From NCBI GenBank assembly GCA_002482545.1, contig DLGF01000020.1, positions 80,152-104,151 of the forward strand: 24,000 nt of DNA, given 5' to 3'. The notes under the pieces are model-generated. The model ran no database searches. It had not been told where the DNA came from and saw nothing but the letters and a program-made list of their open reading frames with translations. The stretch is from Sporomusaceae bacterium UBA7701. Its GTDB lineage: Bacteria > Bacillota > Negativicutes > Sporomusales > UBA7701. This document shows positions 15,594 to 23,258 of this stretch, in pieces (positions within the stretch are counted from its first letter, which is position 1; every line of letters begins with the position of its first letter). Made by a program: the position numbers and the translations under genes.

Positions 15594-16207
15594 GGAAATT
15601 GTCCAGCGTGTACGAAAGCAACGGCGATCCCGGCTGCATATCATCCGGCGCGGGAGACGCCGGCGGCGTGAGCTACGGGACCTATCAGCTCGCGACCAAT
15701 ACCGGCAGCGTGGATCGTTTTGTCCGATGGCTTAACGATAGCCATCATCCGGCAGGGATGGTTTTAAGCGGCAAACGCGCCGGCAGCCGGGAATTTTCGG
15801 CAGCCTGGAAATTCTGCGCGGAAAACTTGGCCGACTTCGGCGATATCCAGCACGAATATATCCGTCACCTATACTATGACCCTGCCGTGGCCGCGCTCAG
15901 GGACGCCTGCTGGCATCTCGAAAATCACCATGAAGTCATGAAAGATGTCGTGTGGAGCCGCGCCGTGCAGTACGGAACCGGCTACATCGTGGAGATGTTC
16001 GAGACCGCCGCCAAGCGCCTGGGGTATCCGAACCTGTCCTATGTGGACGCGCCGGACTTTGACGCGGCGATGATCCGCGCCATTTATCTGGAGGTCTGCA
16101 AGACGCCCGAATGGACCGGCGGGAGCCCGGCTTTACGCGCAGGGCTGTATGCCAGGTTCGAAAACGAATGCAGCGATGCCTTGGCCAGGTTGGGCCAATT
16201 TGCTTAG
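15587..16207 (+). CDS. Lysozyme-like endolysin (glycosidase superfamily; E...D-GG-SYG motif)
   Basis: Overlaps the holin stop. The N-terminal motif SVYESNGDPGCISSGAGDAGGVSYGTYQL resembles the catalytic Glu / Asp-Gly-Gly segment of chitosanase/lysozyme-like muramidases. Placement directly after the holin supports the call. Confidence 0.65.
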   Translation: MLGKLSSVYESNGDPGCISSGAGDAGGVSYGTYQLATNTGSVDRFVRWLNDSHHPAGMVLSGKRAGSREFSAAWKFCAENLADFGDIQHEYIRHLYYDPAVAALRDACWHLENHHEVMKDVVWSRAVQYGTGYIVEMFETAAKRLGYPNLSYVDAPDFDAAMIRAIYLEVCKTPEWTGGSPALRAGLYARFENECSDALARLGQFA

Positions 16208-16222
16208 GGGGGGCGATTACAA

Positions 16223-16645
16223 TTGATAAAAAGAGTTGCCTTATTATTGTCCTTGCTGCTCTTTTGGCTGGCGCTGCCGGGTACATGCTCGGCGCATCAG
16301 GTAACGGAGGAGCAATTGACCAGGTTAGAGCAGATATTCAGTCAGTTAGAGCAGAACAACAGTCAATTATTGACCGACTTGGAACAATCGAAAACCGACT
16401 TGGGAGAGACGCGGCGGAAGCTGGAAGGATATCGGACGGACTTGGCGAAGCTGCAGGCGGACTTGCTGGCGTTGAAGAGCGAATCGGCGCAGGCCAGACA
16501 AGAGCTGGAGACAGCCAACGCCTCATTGGCGAAGGCCAATCAATCCTTGGCGCAATACGCGAAGGCGGCCAAGGCGCAAAGCGATAGCCTGAAGCTGCAG
16601 CGCAATTTATGCCTGCTCGCCGCCGTGTTTTTCGCCGTCAAATGA
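16223..16645 (+). CDS. Signal-peptide coiled-coil protein with short C-terminal hydrophobic tail (spanin-like, last gene of the lysis cassette)
   Basis: TTG start 10 nt after a G7 SD-like run. Leader MIKRVALLLSLLLFWLALPGTCSA. About 95 aa of heptad-rich coiled coil. C-terminal LCLLAAVFFAVK. GC3-rich in this frame. Confidence 0.65.
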   Translation: MIKRVALLLSLLLFWLALPGTCSAHQVTEEQLTRLEQIFSQLEQNNSQLLTDLEQSKTDLGETRRKLEGYRTDLAKLQADLLALKSESAQARQELETANASLAKANQSLAQYAKAAKAQSDSLKLQRNLCLLAAVFFAVK

Positions 16646-16756
16646 CGGCCCCGCCTCGGCAGGGGTTGTTGTTTGTTGCCGCCCGGAGGCTTAGCCGGGG
16701 CAATCCCCGGGACCATCATTTTTTGACCGGAGCGGTGGGCGCTGGCGGAAACAGGG

Positions 16757-16784
16757 AAGGAGAGGCGGATGCCTCTCCTTTTTT
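16757..16784 (+). terminator. Rho-independent terminator ending the phage late operon; overlaps the stop of the convergent lipoprotein gene
   Basis: aaggagaggc-ggat-gcctctcctt, with a T run continuing to 16784. Confidence 0.75.
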
Positions 16785-17613
16785 AGTCCGGTATGGGGAT
16801 GTTGTTTTCATGGCAGTATTCGTGAACCTGATTCAGCAGGGCCTGCACAATGGAGCCCTGGGAGATTTTCGTCCACCCTTCGGTCCCGGTGTCCCGCGCG
16901 ACTTCCTGGCCGGCGCTGTTGTAGGCGACGCGGCTGACGCCTCGGAACCGGTTCTCAAGGGGTTTGAGTTCCATTTGGCCGACTTCGTACCGTACGCCTT
17001 TCGGCGTTTCCTGGTCATAGACGACGCGGGCGGTGAAGAAGAGGGAATCCTCCTCCAACTTCACGCTGGCCGGGTCGAAAAAGAGCAGGGCGGTCGGATA
17101 GGAGCCCGCGAAACGGTAATCGACGGTGATGTAGGGAGGAGTGGTCGTCCGGATCGGCAGCTTCTTGGCGAGGCAATAGTCGATGATGCCCTGGAATTCC
17201 TTGGCCAGGGGGCCGGCGGGGCTGACGAAGGAGTAGTAGGAATAGCCTTCGGCCTTGACGACTTCTTCTTTCTCGTCCATGCTGGCGTCGGCGATTTTTT
17301 CGCCGGCGGCGTTATAGCCGGTAATAGACAGCAGTTTAACGAGCCGCTCATCGGGCTTTAGCTGAAGTTTCCAGACCGAAAACTTGACGCCGTTCTCGCC
17401 CGGCGTCGCCGCCGTATAGCGGATGTCGGCGAGGACAACGTTATCGGCTACCTTCAGCGTGCGGGGGTCGAGGTGGACTTGGTCGCCTTTTTCGTTGGTG
17501 AACAGGTACTGCTGGGAAGCGGTGTCCGCTTCGCTCGGCTTGGCGTTCAGGCCGGCGCAGCCTGCCAGAACGACCAGGAAGAGAAGAGTCATAGCGACTA
17601 TGGCGTGGCGCAT
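16783..17613 (-). CDS. Lipoprotein, function unknown
   Basis: Lipobox LVVLAGC after a hydrophobic leader. SD AAGGAG upstream. 276-aa GC3-rich frame. Confidence 0.85.
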   Translation of the reverse strand: MRHAIVAMTLLFLVVLAGCAGLNAKPSEADTASQQYLFTNEKGDQVHLDPRTLKVADNVVLADIRYTAATPGENGVKFSVWKLQLKPDERLVKLLSITGYNAAGEKIADASMDEKEEVVKAEGYSYYSFVSPAGPLAKEFQGIIDYCLAKKLPIRTTTPPYITVDYRFAGSYPTALLFFDPASVKLEEDSLFFTARVVYDQETPKGVRYEVGQMELKPLENRFRGVSRVAYNSAGQEVARDTGTEGWTKISQGSIVQALLNQVHEYCHENNIPIPD

Positions 17614-18042
17614 GGGGGAGCTCCTTTCCGGAATGACGGTTTCGCCATTGGCATGGCGCGGCGAAATTTAATATTAGACGTGTGGTCCGTTAATTCCTGC
17701 CAGCCGTATCCATGGGCCCAAGGAGCGTTCCATTGGAACGGAGCGGCGGCCATCGCATACAGCCGGTTGTTTTGGCGAAAGCTAACCGGTATGACCGCCT
17801 GCGCGGGCGGGAAAGGCTCTAAATTACCGCCAGGCCCCAGGATTTGAATTTTTACAGCGATAAGCCGGGCTGAGGAGTCCGGAAACCGCCAAGGCCATCT
17901 TGCATAAATTGGCAGAACAGGTTACGCTGGTGGATAATAGTCTATAATGTAAGAGACCTGTTATTCAGCGGCTATTGGGTTGTCTGGAGTTTGGCGCTAC
18001 GATCTAGGAACAGGCGACAGGTTTTCGAAGCGGGGGATTGGG

Positions 18043-18825
18043 ATGAAGATCGGTTTTTTCGATTCGGGCGTCGGCGGGATGACGGTGCTCTGGCGGGCGC
18101 TGAGGCTGCTGCCCCGGGAGGATTATATCTATTTCGCCGATACGGCTCACGTGCCCTACGGGGAAAAAACGAAAAGCGAGGTACGCGGCTTCGTGTTTGA
18201 GGCGGTCGAGTTCCTGGCCGGGAAAAACATCAAGGCCCTGGTGATTGCCTGCAATGCCGCGACCAGCGCCGCGGCGAAGGAGCTTAGAAAAGAGTTCGGG
18301 TTTCCGATTATCGGCATCGAGCCCGCCGTCAAGCCGGCCATTCAGCGAAGCCAGCAAAAAGGCAAGCGGGTGCTGGTGCTGTCCACCCATCTGACGCTCC
18401 GCGAGGAGAAATACAATAATCTCGTGGCCAGGCTGGACGATGCCGGGCTGGTGGACGGCCTGGCGCTGCCGGGGCTGGTCGCGTTCGCCGAGCGGTTTGA
18501 ATTCCGCCCCGAGGTTGTCCTGCCTTATATTAAGGAAGAGTTGGCCCGTTTCACTGTGGAGCGGTATGGCACGGTGGTCCTGGGGTGCACCCATTTTCCG
18601 CTGTTTACCGACATGCTCCGGCAGCTTTTTCCCGCCGGGACCGATATCATCGACGGCGGGCTGGGGACGGCCATGAATCTGAAGCGGATCCTGACCGAGC
18701 AGAAGCTGCTGAACGGCGGCTCCGGGGAAATTGAGTATTACAGTTCCGGCAGCAAAATAGAAGACGGCGAGAAGCTGGACCGGTATAGCGGCCTGCTGGC
18801 ACGGCTGGATCATATATACGGTTAG
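18043..18825 (+). CDS. murI: Glutamate racemase
   Basis: MKIGFFDSGVGGMTVL, the two catalytic-Cys motifs VIACNAATSAA and LGCTHFP, and IGIEPA. The ORF-track start at 17980 is upstream of the conserved N-terminus. Confidence 0.95.
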   Translation: MKIGFFDSGVGGMTVLWRALRLLPREDYIYFADTAHVPYGEKTKSEVRGFVFEAVEFLAGKNIKALVIACNAATSAAAKELRKEFGFPIIGIEPAVKPAIQRSQQKGKRVLVLSTHLTLREEKYNNLVARLDDAGLVDGLALPGLVAFAERFEFRPEVVLPYIKEELARFTVERYGTVVLGCTHFPLFTDMLRQLFPAGTDIIDGGLGTAMNLKRILTEQKLLNGGSGEIEYYSSGSKIEDGEKLDRYSGLLARLDHIYG

Positions 18826-18860
18826 GTTGGAAGCCCTTATTTTCAGGAGGAGATTCATAA

Positions 18861-19679
18861 GTGAATTTTAATATCCGCCAGGCCCCAAACGGCGTATGGT
18901 ATGGAAGTTTTCCCGAGTTTGACCGGTTGGGCGTCCGGCATGGTTTTGCCACCCGCCTGGGCGGCGCCAGCGAAGGACCGTATAAATCGCTCAATCTGGT
19001 GTTTCGCGCCCGGGACGAAGTGGAAAATGTCATCGGCAACCGGCGGAAGTTTTGCGAGGCCGTCGGGGTCGACCTGACCCGGGCGGTCGGCGGCCATCAG
19101 GTCCACGGGGACCGGGTGGGGGTGGTCGCGCCGGGCGACGCCGGCAAAGGGGCCGCCTCGTCTGACGGGCTGGAAGGAACCGACGCCTTGATTACGAATG
19201 TGCCGGGGGTGCCCCTGATGATCTTTTTTGCCGATTGCGTTCCCCTCTTGCTGGTGGACCCGGTGCGCAAGGCGGTCGGGGCGTGCCACGCCGGGTGGCG
19301 GGGCACGGTCGCCCGGATCGGGGCGAAAACCGTGCAGGCCATGGAGCGCCACTTCGGCACCCGGCCGCAGGATTGCCGGATTGCCCTGGGGCCGTCGATC
19401 GGTCCCTGCTGCTACGAGGTGGACGACAGCGTGATGAACCGCTTCCGGGAAGCCTTTGACTGGTGGGAAGCGGCCGCCGTCCGGCGCGGGGAAAAATGGC
19501 TGCTCAACCTGTGGGAGGCCAACCGGCGCCAGCTTATCGACGCCGGCGTGCCTGCCGGGAACATCGCGATGAGCGACGCCTGTACGGCCTGCAATACCCC
19601 GCTCTTTTTCTCCTACCGGGCGGAGAACGGCGATACCGGCAATCTGGCCGCCGTCATTTCGCTGCAGGAGGGCTGCTGA
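18861..19679 (+). CDS. pgeF: Peptidoglycan editing factor PgeF (YfiH/DUF152, laccase-domain protein)
   Basis: HGFATRLGG...SLNL, HQVHGDRV, DALIT, FFADCVPLLL, CHAGWRGT, GPSIGPCCYEV, FFSYR. GTG start after GGAGGAG. Confidence 0.9.
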   Translation: MNFNIRQAPNGVWYGSFPEFDRLGVRHGFATRLGGASEGPYKSLNLVFRARDEVENVIGNRRKFCEAVGVDLTRAVGGHQVHGDRVGVVAPGDAGKGAASSDGLEGTDALITNVPGVPLMIFFADCVPLLLVDPVRKAVGACHAGWRGTVARIGAKTVQAMERHFGTRPQDCRIALGPSIGPCCYEVDDSVMNRFREAFDWWEAAAVRRGEKWLLNLWEANRRQLIDAGVPAGNIAMSDACTACNTPLFFSYRAENGDTGNLAAVISLQEGC

Positions 19680-19718
19680 AGCGCCGCTTGACCCGACGTT
19701 CCTTTGCAAGCCAAACCC

Positions 19719-19744
19719 AAGGCCGGCACAGCTGTGCCGGCCTT
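19719..19744 (+). terminator. Rho-independent terminator after pgeF
   Basis: aaggccggcaca-gc-tgtgccggcctt perfect stem, followed by a T-rich tail. Confidence 0.7.
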
Positions 19745-19782
19745 CGCTATTTGTTGGTCGTCCCGGGCGATCTTTCAAATCA

Positions 19783-19811
19783 TTGGAAAAACCAATAAAC
19801 TACGCTACAAT
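19783..19811 (+). promoter_or_regulatory. Candidate sigma-70 promoter for the prdD/prdE-like pair
   Basis: TTGGAA, 17 nt spacer, TACAAT. Confidence 0.4.
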
Positions 19812-19877
19812 AAATGTAAGAGTTGAATTATCGAAAGATTGAGTGTTTTTCAGAATGCCGGAAAGGGGATTGGTAAT

Positions 19878-20639
19878 ATGGCGCAAGAAAAAGTAGTAAG
19901 GCGGCTGGTAATTAAAGCTTTTCATATTCAAAACGCCGTTTTAGGAAAAGATAATGATGTAACCTGTGATGGGAAATTGACAATCCATGATGAAGTATTG
20001 CTGGAAATTCTTAAAGAAGAGCCAGCTGTCGCGAAGATCGACATTGCTATCATTCAACCCGGCGACTATGATCGGCATACCAATGCCATCCTGGATTTTA
20101 TCCCGCTTTCAACAAAAGTTTCGGGGAAATTGGGAGAGGGAGTTACCCATACGTTGACAGGAGTGTATTTCATGTTGACCGCCATTGATACAACGGGCAG
20201 GCAAGTAGCCCGATCGGGTTCTCCCTATGGATTGTTGAAAGACCATGTATGCCTGGGGAAAGCAGGCACCCCCAGCGCCGCCGATTACATCATAGCTTTT
20301 AATGTTACCCTGGATGGGGAAACCAGTCATACGCGAAATACTGTAACAGCCGCCCATCGGGCCTGCGATAGGTTTTGCCAGATATTTAGAAATAAGATGA
20401 AAAAATTCGATGGAAATAAATGTACGGAGCAACATGAATTTTTGGACAAAATAAAAGAAGCTAAATTCAGGGTGGCTATATTCAAACAAGTACCGGGGCA
20501 GGGAGCCATGTTTAACACCCATGTTTTTTCGCATGAACCTTCCGGCAATCTGAGCGGGAAATCCGTTATTGATATGGAAAATGTTCCGGTTGTCCTGACG
20601 CCTAATCAATATAGAGACGGCGCCCTGCGCGCCATGTAG
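19878..20639 (+). CDS. GrdE/PrdA-family (glycine/sarcosine/betaine/D-proline reductase) N-terminal-half homologue, PrdD-like
   Basis: VVRRLVIKAFHIQNAVLGKDNDVTCDGKLTIHDE...IIQPGD...GVTHTLTG... is colinear with the N-terminal (beta) part of GrdE/PrdA proproteins as I recall them. It ends ...YRDGALRAM*, where the proproteins carry their self-cleavage site. AT-richer than the flanks. Confidence 0.6.
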   Translation: MAQEKVVRRLVIKAFHIQNAVLGKDNDVTCDGKLTIHDEVLLEILKEEPAVAKIDIAIIQPGDYDRHTNAILDFIPLSTKVSGKLGEGVTHTLTGVYFMLTAIDTTGRQVARSGSPYGLLKDHVCLGKAGTPSAADYIIAFNVTLDGETSHTRNTVTAAHRACDRFCQIFRNKMKKFDGNKCTEQHEFLDKIKEAKFRVAIFKQVPGQGAMFNTHVFSHEPSGNLSGKSVIDMENVPVVLTPNQYRDGALRAM

Positions 20640-20656
20640 CAAAGGAGGGCTGGTTC

Positions 20657-21133
20657 ATGGGAGTAAGCGCGTCGACAAAGGAAACTACTTTGCATTATTT
20701 CCGGGATCCTTTGGTGAATTTAGTGGCGCAAGATGCAGATGTTGATTTGACTGGAATTGTAATTATCGGTGTGCCGCAGGATCAGGAGAGCAAAATACTG
20801 GCATCCGAATTGGCGGCCAATTGGGCGGAAGCCATGCGGTTGGACGGAGCGATCGTTACTACCGAAGGATGGGGAAACGACCATATCGATTTTGCAGAAT
20901 TGGTAGAGCTGTTGGCGGTGAGGGATATCGCAGTATCCGGGCTTAGCTTTATCGGCGGGGAAGGTTTTGTGGTTTCGAATGAATATATGGATACCATTGT
21001 TGATTTCAATAAATCCGAAGAAGGCTATGAGACCGGCCGGATCGGCGAGAACAATGCAGATTTGTTGGATGCGAAAAAAGCATTGGCGTTTTTAAAATTA
21101 AAGATGCAAAAGAAGAAAGGAATAAAACGATAG
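20657..21133 (+). CDS. GrdE/PrdA-family C-terminal (alpha-part) homologue, PrdE-like
   Basis: Consensus SD AAGGAGG. MGVSASTKE...RLDGAIVTTEGWGNDHIDF matches ...C-VSAC...LDGAIISQEGFGNPDTD of the processed alpha subunit. At 158 aa it has the PrdE size. Confidence 0.6.
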   Translation: MGVSASTKETTLHYFRDPLVNLVAQDADVDLTGIVIIGVPQDQESKILASELAANWAEAMRLDGAIVTTEGWGNDHIDFAELVELLAVRDIAVSGLSFIGGEGFVVSNEYMDTIVDFNKSEEGYETGRIGENNADLLDAKKALAFLKLKMQKKKGIKR

Positions 21134-21285
21134 GGGCGAATTTTTTCGCAAAACGCTAATTTGCGTATCACACTGGCGGCAAATCACTGAAATAAACCAA
21201 TATTAAAATCCCGGAAGCCTTATAAGAACCGCCGCCAAATAGGACTGAGGACCCAAGGATGCACGACTTTGGTCCTGGAAAAATA

Positions 21286-21314
21286 TTGACAGTTTTTGAC
21301 GAAAAGTGTAGAAT
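21286..21314 (+). promoter_or_regulatory. Sigma-70 promoter driving the riboswitch leader
   Basis: TTGACA (21286-21291), 17 nt spacer, TAGAAT (21309-21314). Confidence 0.65.
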
Positions 21315-21332
21315 TTAATTTGAATAATAAAA

Positions 21333-21425
21333 GAATCTATAGGCAAACTTATCGAAAGATAAGGACGCAAAGCTATGGGTCTACGGACAGAGGGTCTATG
21401 ATTGCCAGGTTGCATCCGATAGCGG
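21333..21425 (+). promoter_or_regulatory. c-di-GMP-I (GEMM-I) riboswitch aptamer
   Basis: uaGGCAAAcuuaucGAAAgauaaGGACGCAAAGCuaUGGGUCU...GCCAGGUUGC. It has the GNRA-capped first hairpin and the conserved GGCAAA / GGACGCAAAGC / GGGUCU / GCC.GGUUGC blocks. The second hairpin is atypical. Confidence 0.7.
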
Positions 21426-21436
21426 ATTGTATTTTA

Positions 21437-21473
21437 GCACCCGTCTGTCTTTTTTGACGGGTGCTTTTGTTTG
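21437..21473 (+). terminator. Riboswitch expression-platform terminator
   Basis: gcacccgtc-tgtctttttt-gacgggtgc followed by ttttgtttg. Confidence 0.75.
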
Positions 21474-21577
21474 TCCTGAGAAGAATATCTTTAAGCAATC
21501 GTGTTAGGGGAATTGTATGGATTTGGGGATGTTATCGATGCCTATAGCCTGTGCACAGAAGTTTGAAAGGAGAATGT

Positions 21578-22219
21578 ATGCGTATTATAAAAATTCTGAT
21601 CATCGCGTGTCTGAGTGTACTTTTGACGGCTTGCGGAACAAACTTTTCTTCAGGAGCCGGGGATGCCGGCAACTCGCACGCAAGCAGGGATCCTAAGACG
21701 GAAACGGCGTCGGAGACTTCCCCAAATCAGGCGGCGACACCGGCGAAAACTCCCGGCAGAGTAGAGATATCTTTTGATTTCAATCGAAGCTTTAAAATGG
21801 CAAGCGATCAGTTGGCAGTATGGGTGGAGGACGAACAAGGAAACCATATCAGAACGCTGTTTGTCACCAAGTTTACGGCCAACGGGGGATATCGCCAACG
21901 GCCTGAATCGGTGCCCAACTGGCAGAGGGCTTTTCAGCCAGAGCAGGCAAATCGCGCTGTCTTTGACTCTATTGCCTCAGCGACCTTGCAAACGGGACGG
22001 ATTTCAGTAATCTGGGACTGCCTTGATCAAAACGGTGAAGCAGTTGCCGCCGGCCGCTATATTTATAAAGTGGAGGCAAATATAGAATGGCAAAAAGTCG
22101 ACTTATGGCAGGGGGATATTACCGTAGGCTCATCGCCTTCCCAGGCGGACGCCCGATTTGTGCAAGGCGACGGCAGTAAACTGCAAGCAGTGAGGGCTGC
22201 TTTTGTGCCCTCCAATTAA
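21578..22219 (+). CDS. Lipoprotein, DUF2271-like
   Basis: SD AAAGGAG. Lipobox SVLLTAC. DQLAVWVEDEQGNHIRTLFV...ATLQTGRISVIWDCLDQNGEAVAAGRYIYKVEA resembles the DUF2271 pattern (AvWied...tL..., ATr.pG....WdG.d..G..v..G.Y...vE). Confidence 0.6.
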   Translation: MRIIKILIIACLSVLLTACGTNFSSGAGDAGNSHASRDPKTETASETSPNQAATPAKTPGRVEISFDFNRSFKMASDQLAVWVEDEQGNHIRTLFVTKFTANGGYRQRPESVPNWQRAFQPEQANRAVFDSIASATLQTGRISVIWDCLDQNGEAVAAGRYIYKVEANIEWQKVDLWQGDITVGSSPSQADARFVQGDGSKLQAVRAAFVPSN

Positions 22220-22276
22220 TGCGGGAATCTTATCTTCCCCGAAATGGCGCGGCAAAAGGCAAAATAAAGATCGCGG

Positions 22277-22315
22277 AACCGAAAGTCTGCCACAGGCTTT
22301 CGGTTTTGCTTTTCC
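22277..22315 (+). terminator. Rho-independent terminator
   Basis: aaccgaaag...ctttcggtt stem followed by ttgcttttcc. Confidence 0.65.
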
Positions 22316-22646
22316 AGTAAACTTTCTGTCGGGCGTTATTGGCGCCATGTCATATTCCTAGCGGAACCGTTACCTCCCGGGAATTTCGCCGCCGCCATCA
22401 GGCAGCCTGAGTAGGATCACTTTAATGATTGCATATTTCTCTCGACTTGCCGTTAAATTTATGTTATTTGTTGGTAAACATCTGTTGAAGATTGTCGCAT
22501 ACCATCGGGCCATACTGCGGGGGTTGCCGGCTGCCGTCAGGCCAAGAAAAAACGCCCGCTGGAGGGGCGCCTTTCCGTGAGGGGAATGGACAGGCATTGC
22601 GTGTTTTCATGAGAGTAATCCCGTCTCCCATTGACGCATAATCTGG

Positions 22647-22693
22647 TTGACCGGCGGCTAGTCTATTGGTTATCATATAGATATATAGATGAT
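22647..22693 (+). promoter_or_regulatory. Candidate promoter (TTGACC, 18 nt spacer, TATCAT) with overlapping ATCAT-N12-ATGAT inverted repeat and atatagat x2 direct repeat; possible ArsR operator
   Basis: -35 at 22647-22652 and -10 at 22671-22676. Inverted arms at 22672-22676 and 22689-22693. About 170 nt upstream of arsR. Confidence 0.3.
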
Positions 22694-22865
22694 TGTCGAT
22701 GTAATTTCAGTTGATAGAGCTGCTCGCGAGCAAGGTTGCATCGAAGCTTTGCCGATCCATCCGGTTTTCAGGGCCCGGACGACGAGATCGTGAATGGGGT
22801 GCGGGCGGTTTCAGCGGGATTAAAGACCGGATTATTACGACTTCTGGCGAGAGGGGTGAGCCAAG

Positions 22866-23165
22866 GTGAAGGAACAAGCGGAAATCTTCAAAGCGTTAGG
22901 GGATCCGGTCCGCCTGGAAATTATCAAGCTGCTTCTGGGCAAAGAATTGTGCGTCTGCGACATTTTGAGCGCCTTCAAAGTCTCGCAGCCAACTATTTCT
23001 CATCATTTGAAGGCGTTGAAGTACGCCGGATTGGTCAATGACCAGCGCGAAGGAAAGTGGATCTACTATAGCCTGGCTCCGGAGGCGTTTGCGCAGGCGA
23101 ACGCGGTGCTTCAGGAATTCGCGGCGAAATCGGTGGCGAAGGAGCGGGGGAGGACCTGTGAGTAA
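22866..23165 (+). CDS. arsR: ArsR/SmtB-family metalloregulator
   Basis: FKALGDPVRLEIIKLL, metal-site motif ELCVCD, wHTH VSQPTISHHLKALKYAGLV. GTG start after GAGGGGTGAG. Confidence 0.9.
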   Translation: MKEQAEIFKALGDPVRLEIIKLLLGKELCVCDILSAFKVSQPTISHHLKALKYAGLVNDQREGKWIYYSLAPEAFAQANAVLQEFAAKSVAKERGRTCE

Positions 23166-23258
23166 GGCCTTCGGGGTTATAGCGAGGCGGAGAGATTTAT
23201 AAGTAAGACGGCGATCTATACAAAATTGGGCGATTAACGGATGGAGAGGAGTATTGCT

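Noticed and set aside
16111-16587. An alternative frame across the spanin-like gene reads like a real protein: a TM helix (KKSCLIIVLAALLAGAAGYMLG) followed by a repetitive helical region.
   Set aside because: After the endolysin stop it has no ATG/GTG/TTG start or SD before the TM segment. Its third codon positions are mostly A/T, whereas frame 16223-16645 is GC3-rich like all other genes here and has a start plus an SD-like G-run. It is treated as a shadow of the coiled-coil gene.
16609-19778. Long opposite-strand ORFs over the lipoprotein gene, murI and pgeF (16609-17361 +, 18004-18858 -, 18855-19778 -).
   Set aside because: The annotated frames contain diagnostic motifs (lipobox, the MurI catalytic Cys motifs, PgeF HAGWRG/CCYEV). 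The opposite frames are compositional shadows.
22340-22860. Small ORFs (22370-22597 -, 22464-22676 -, 22736-23041 +) in the region upstream of arsR.
   Set aside because: No SDs, mutually overlapping, and one overlaps arsR out of frame. The region is more plausibly promoter/operator DNA for arsR-hgcA.
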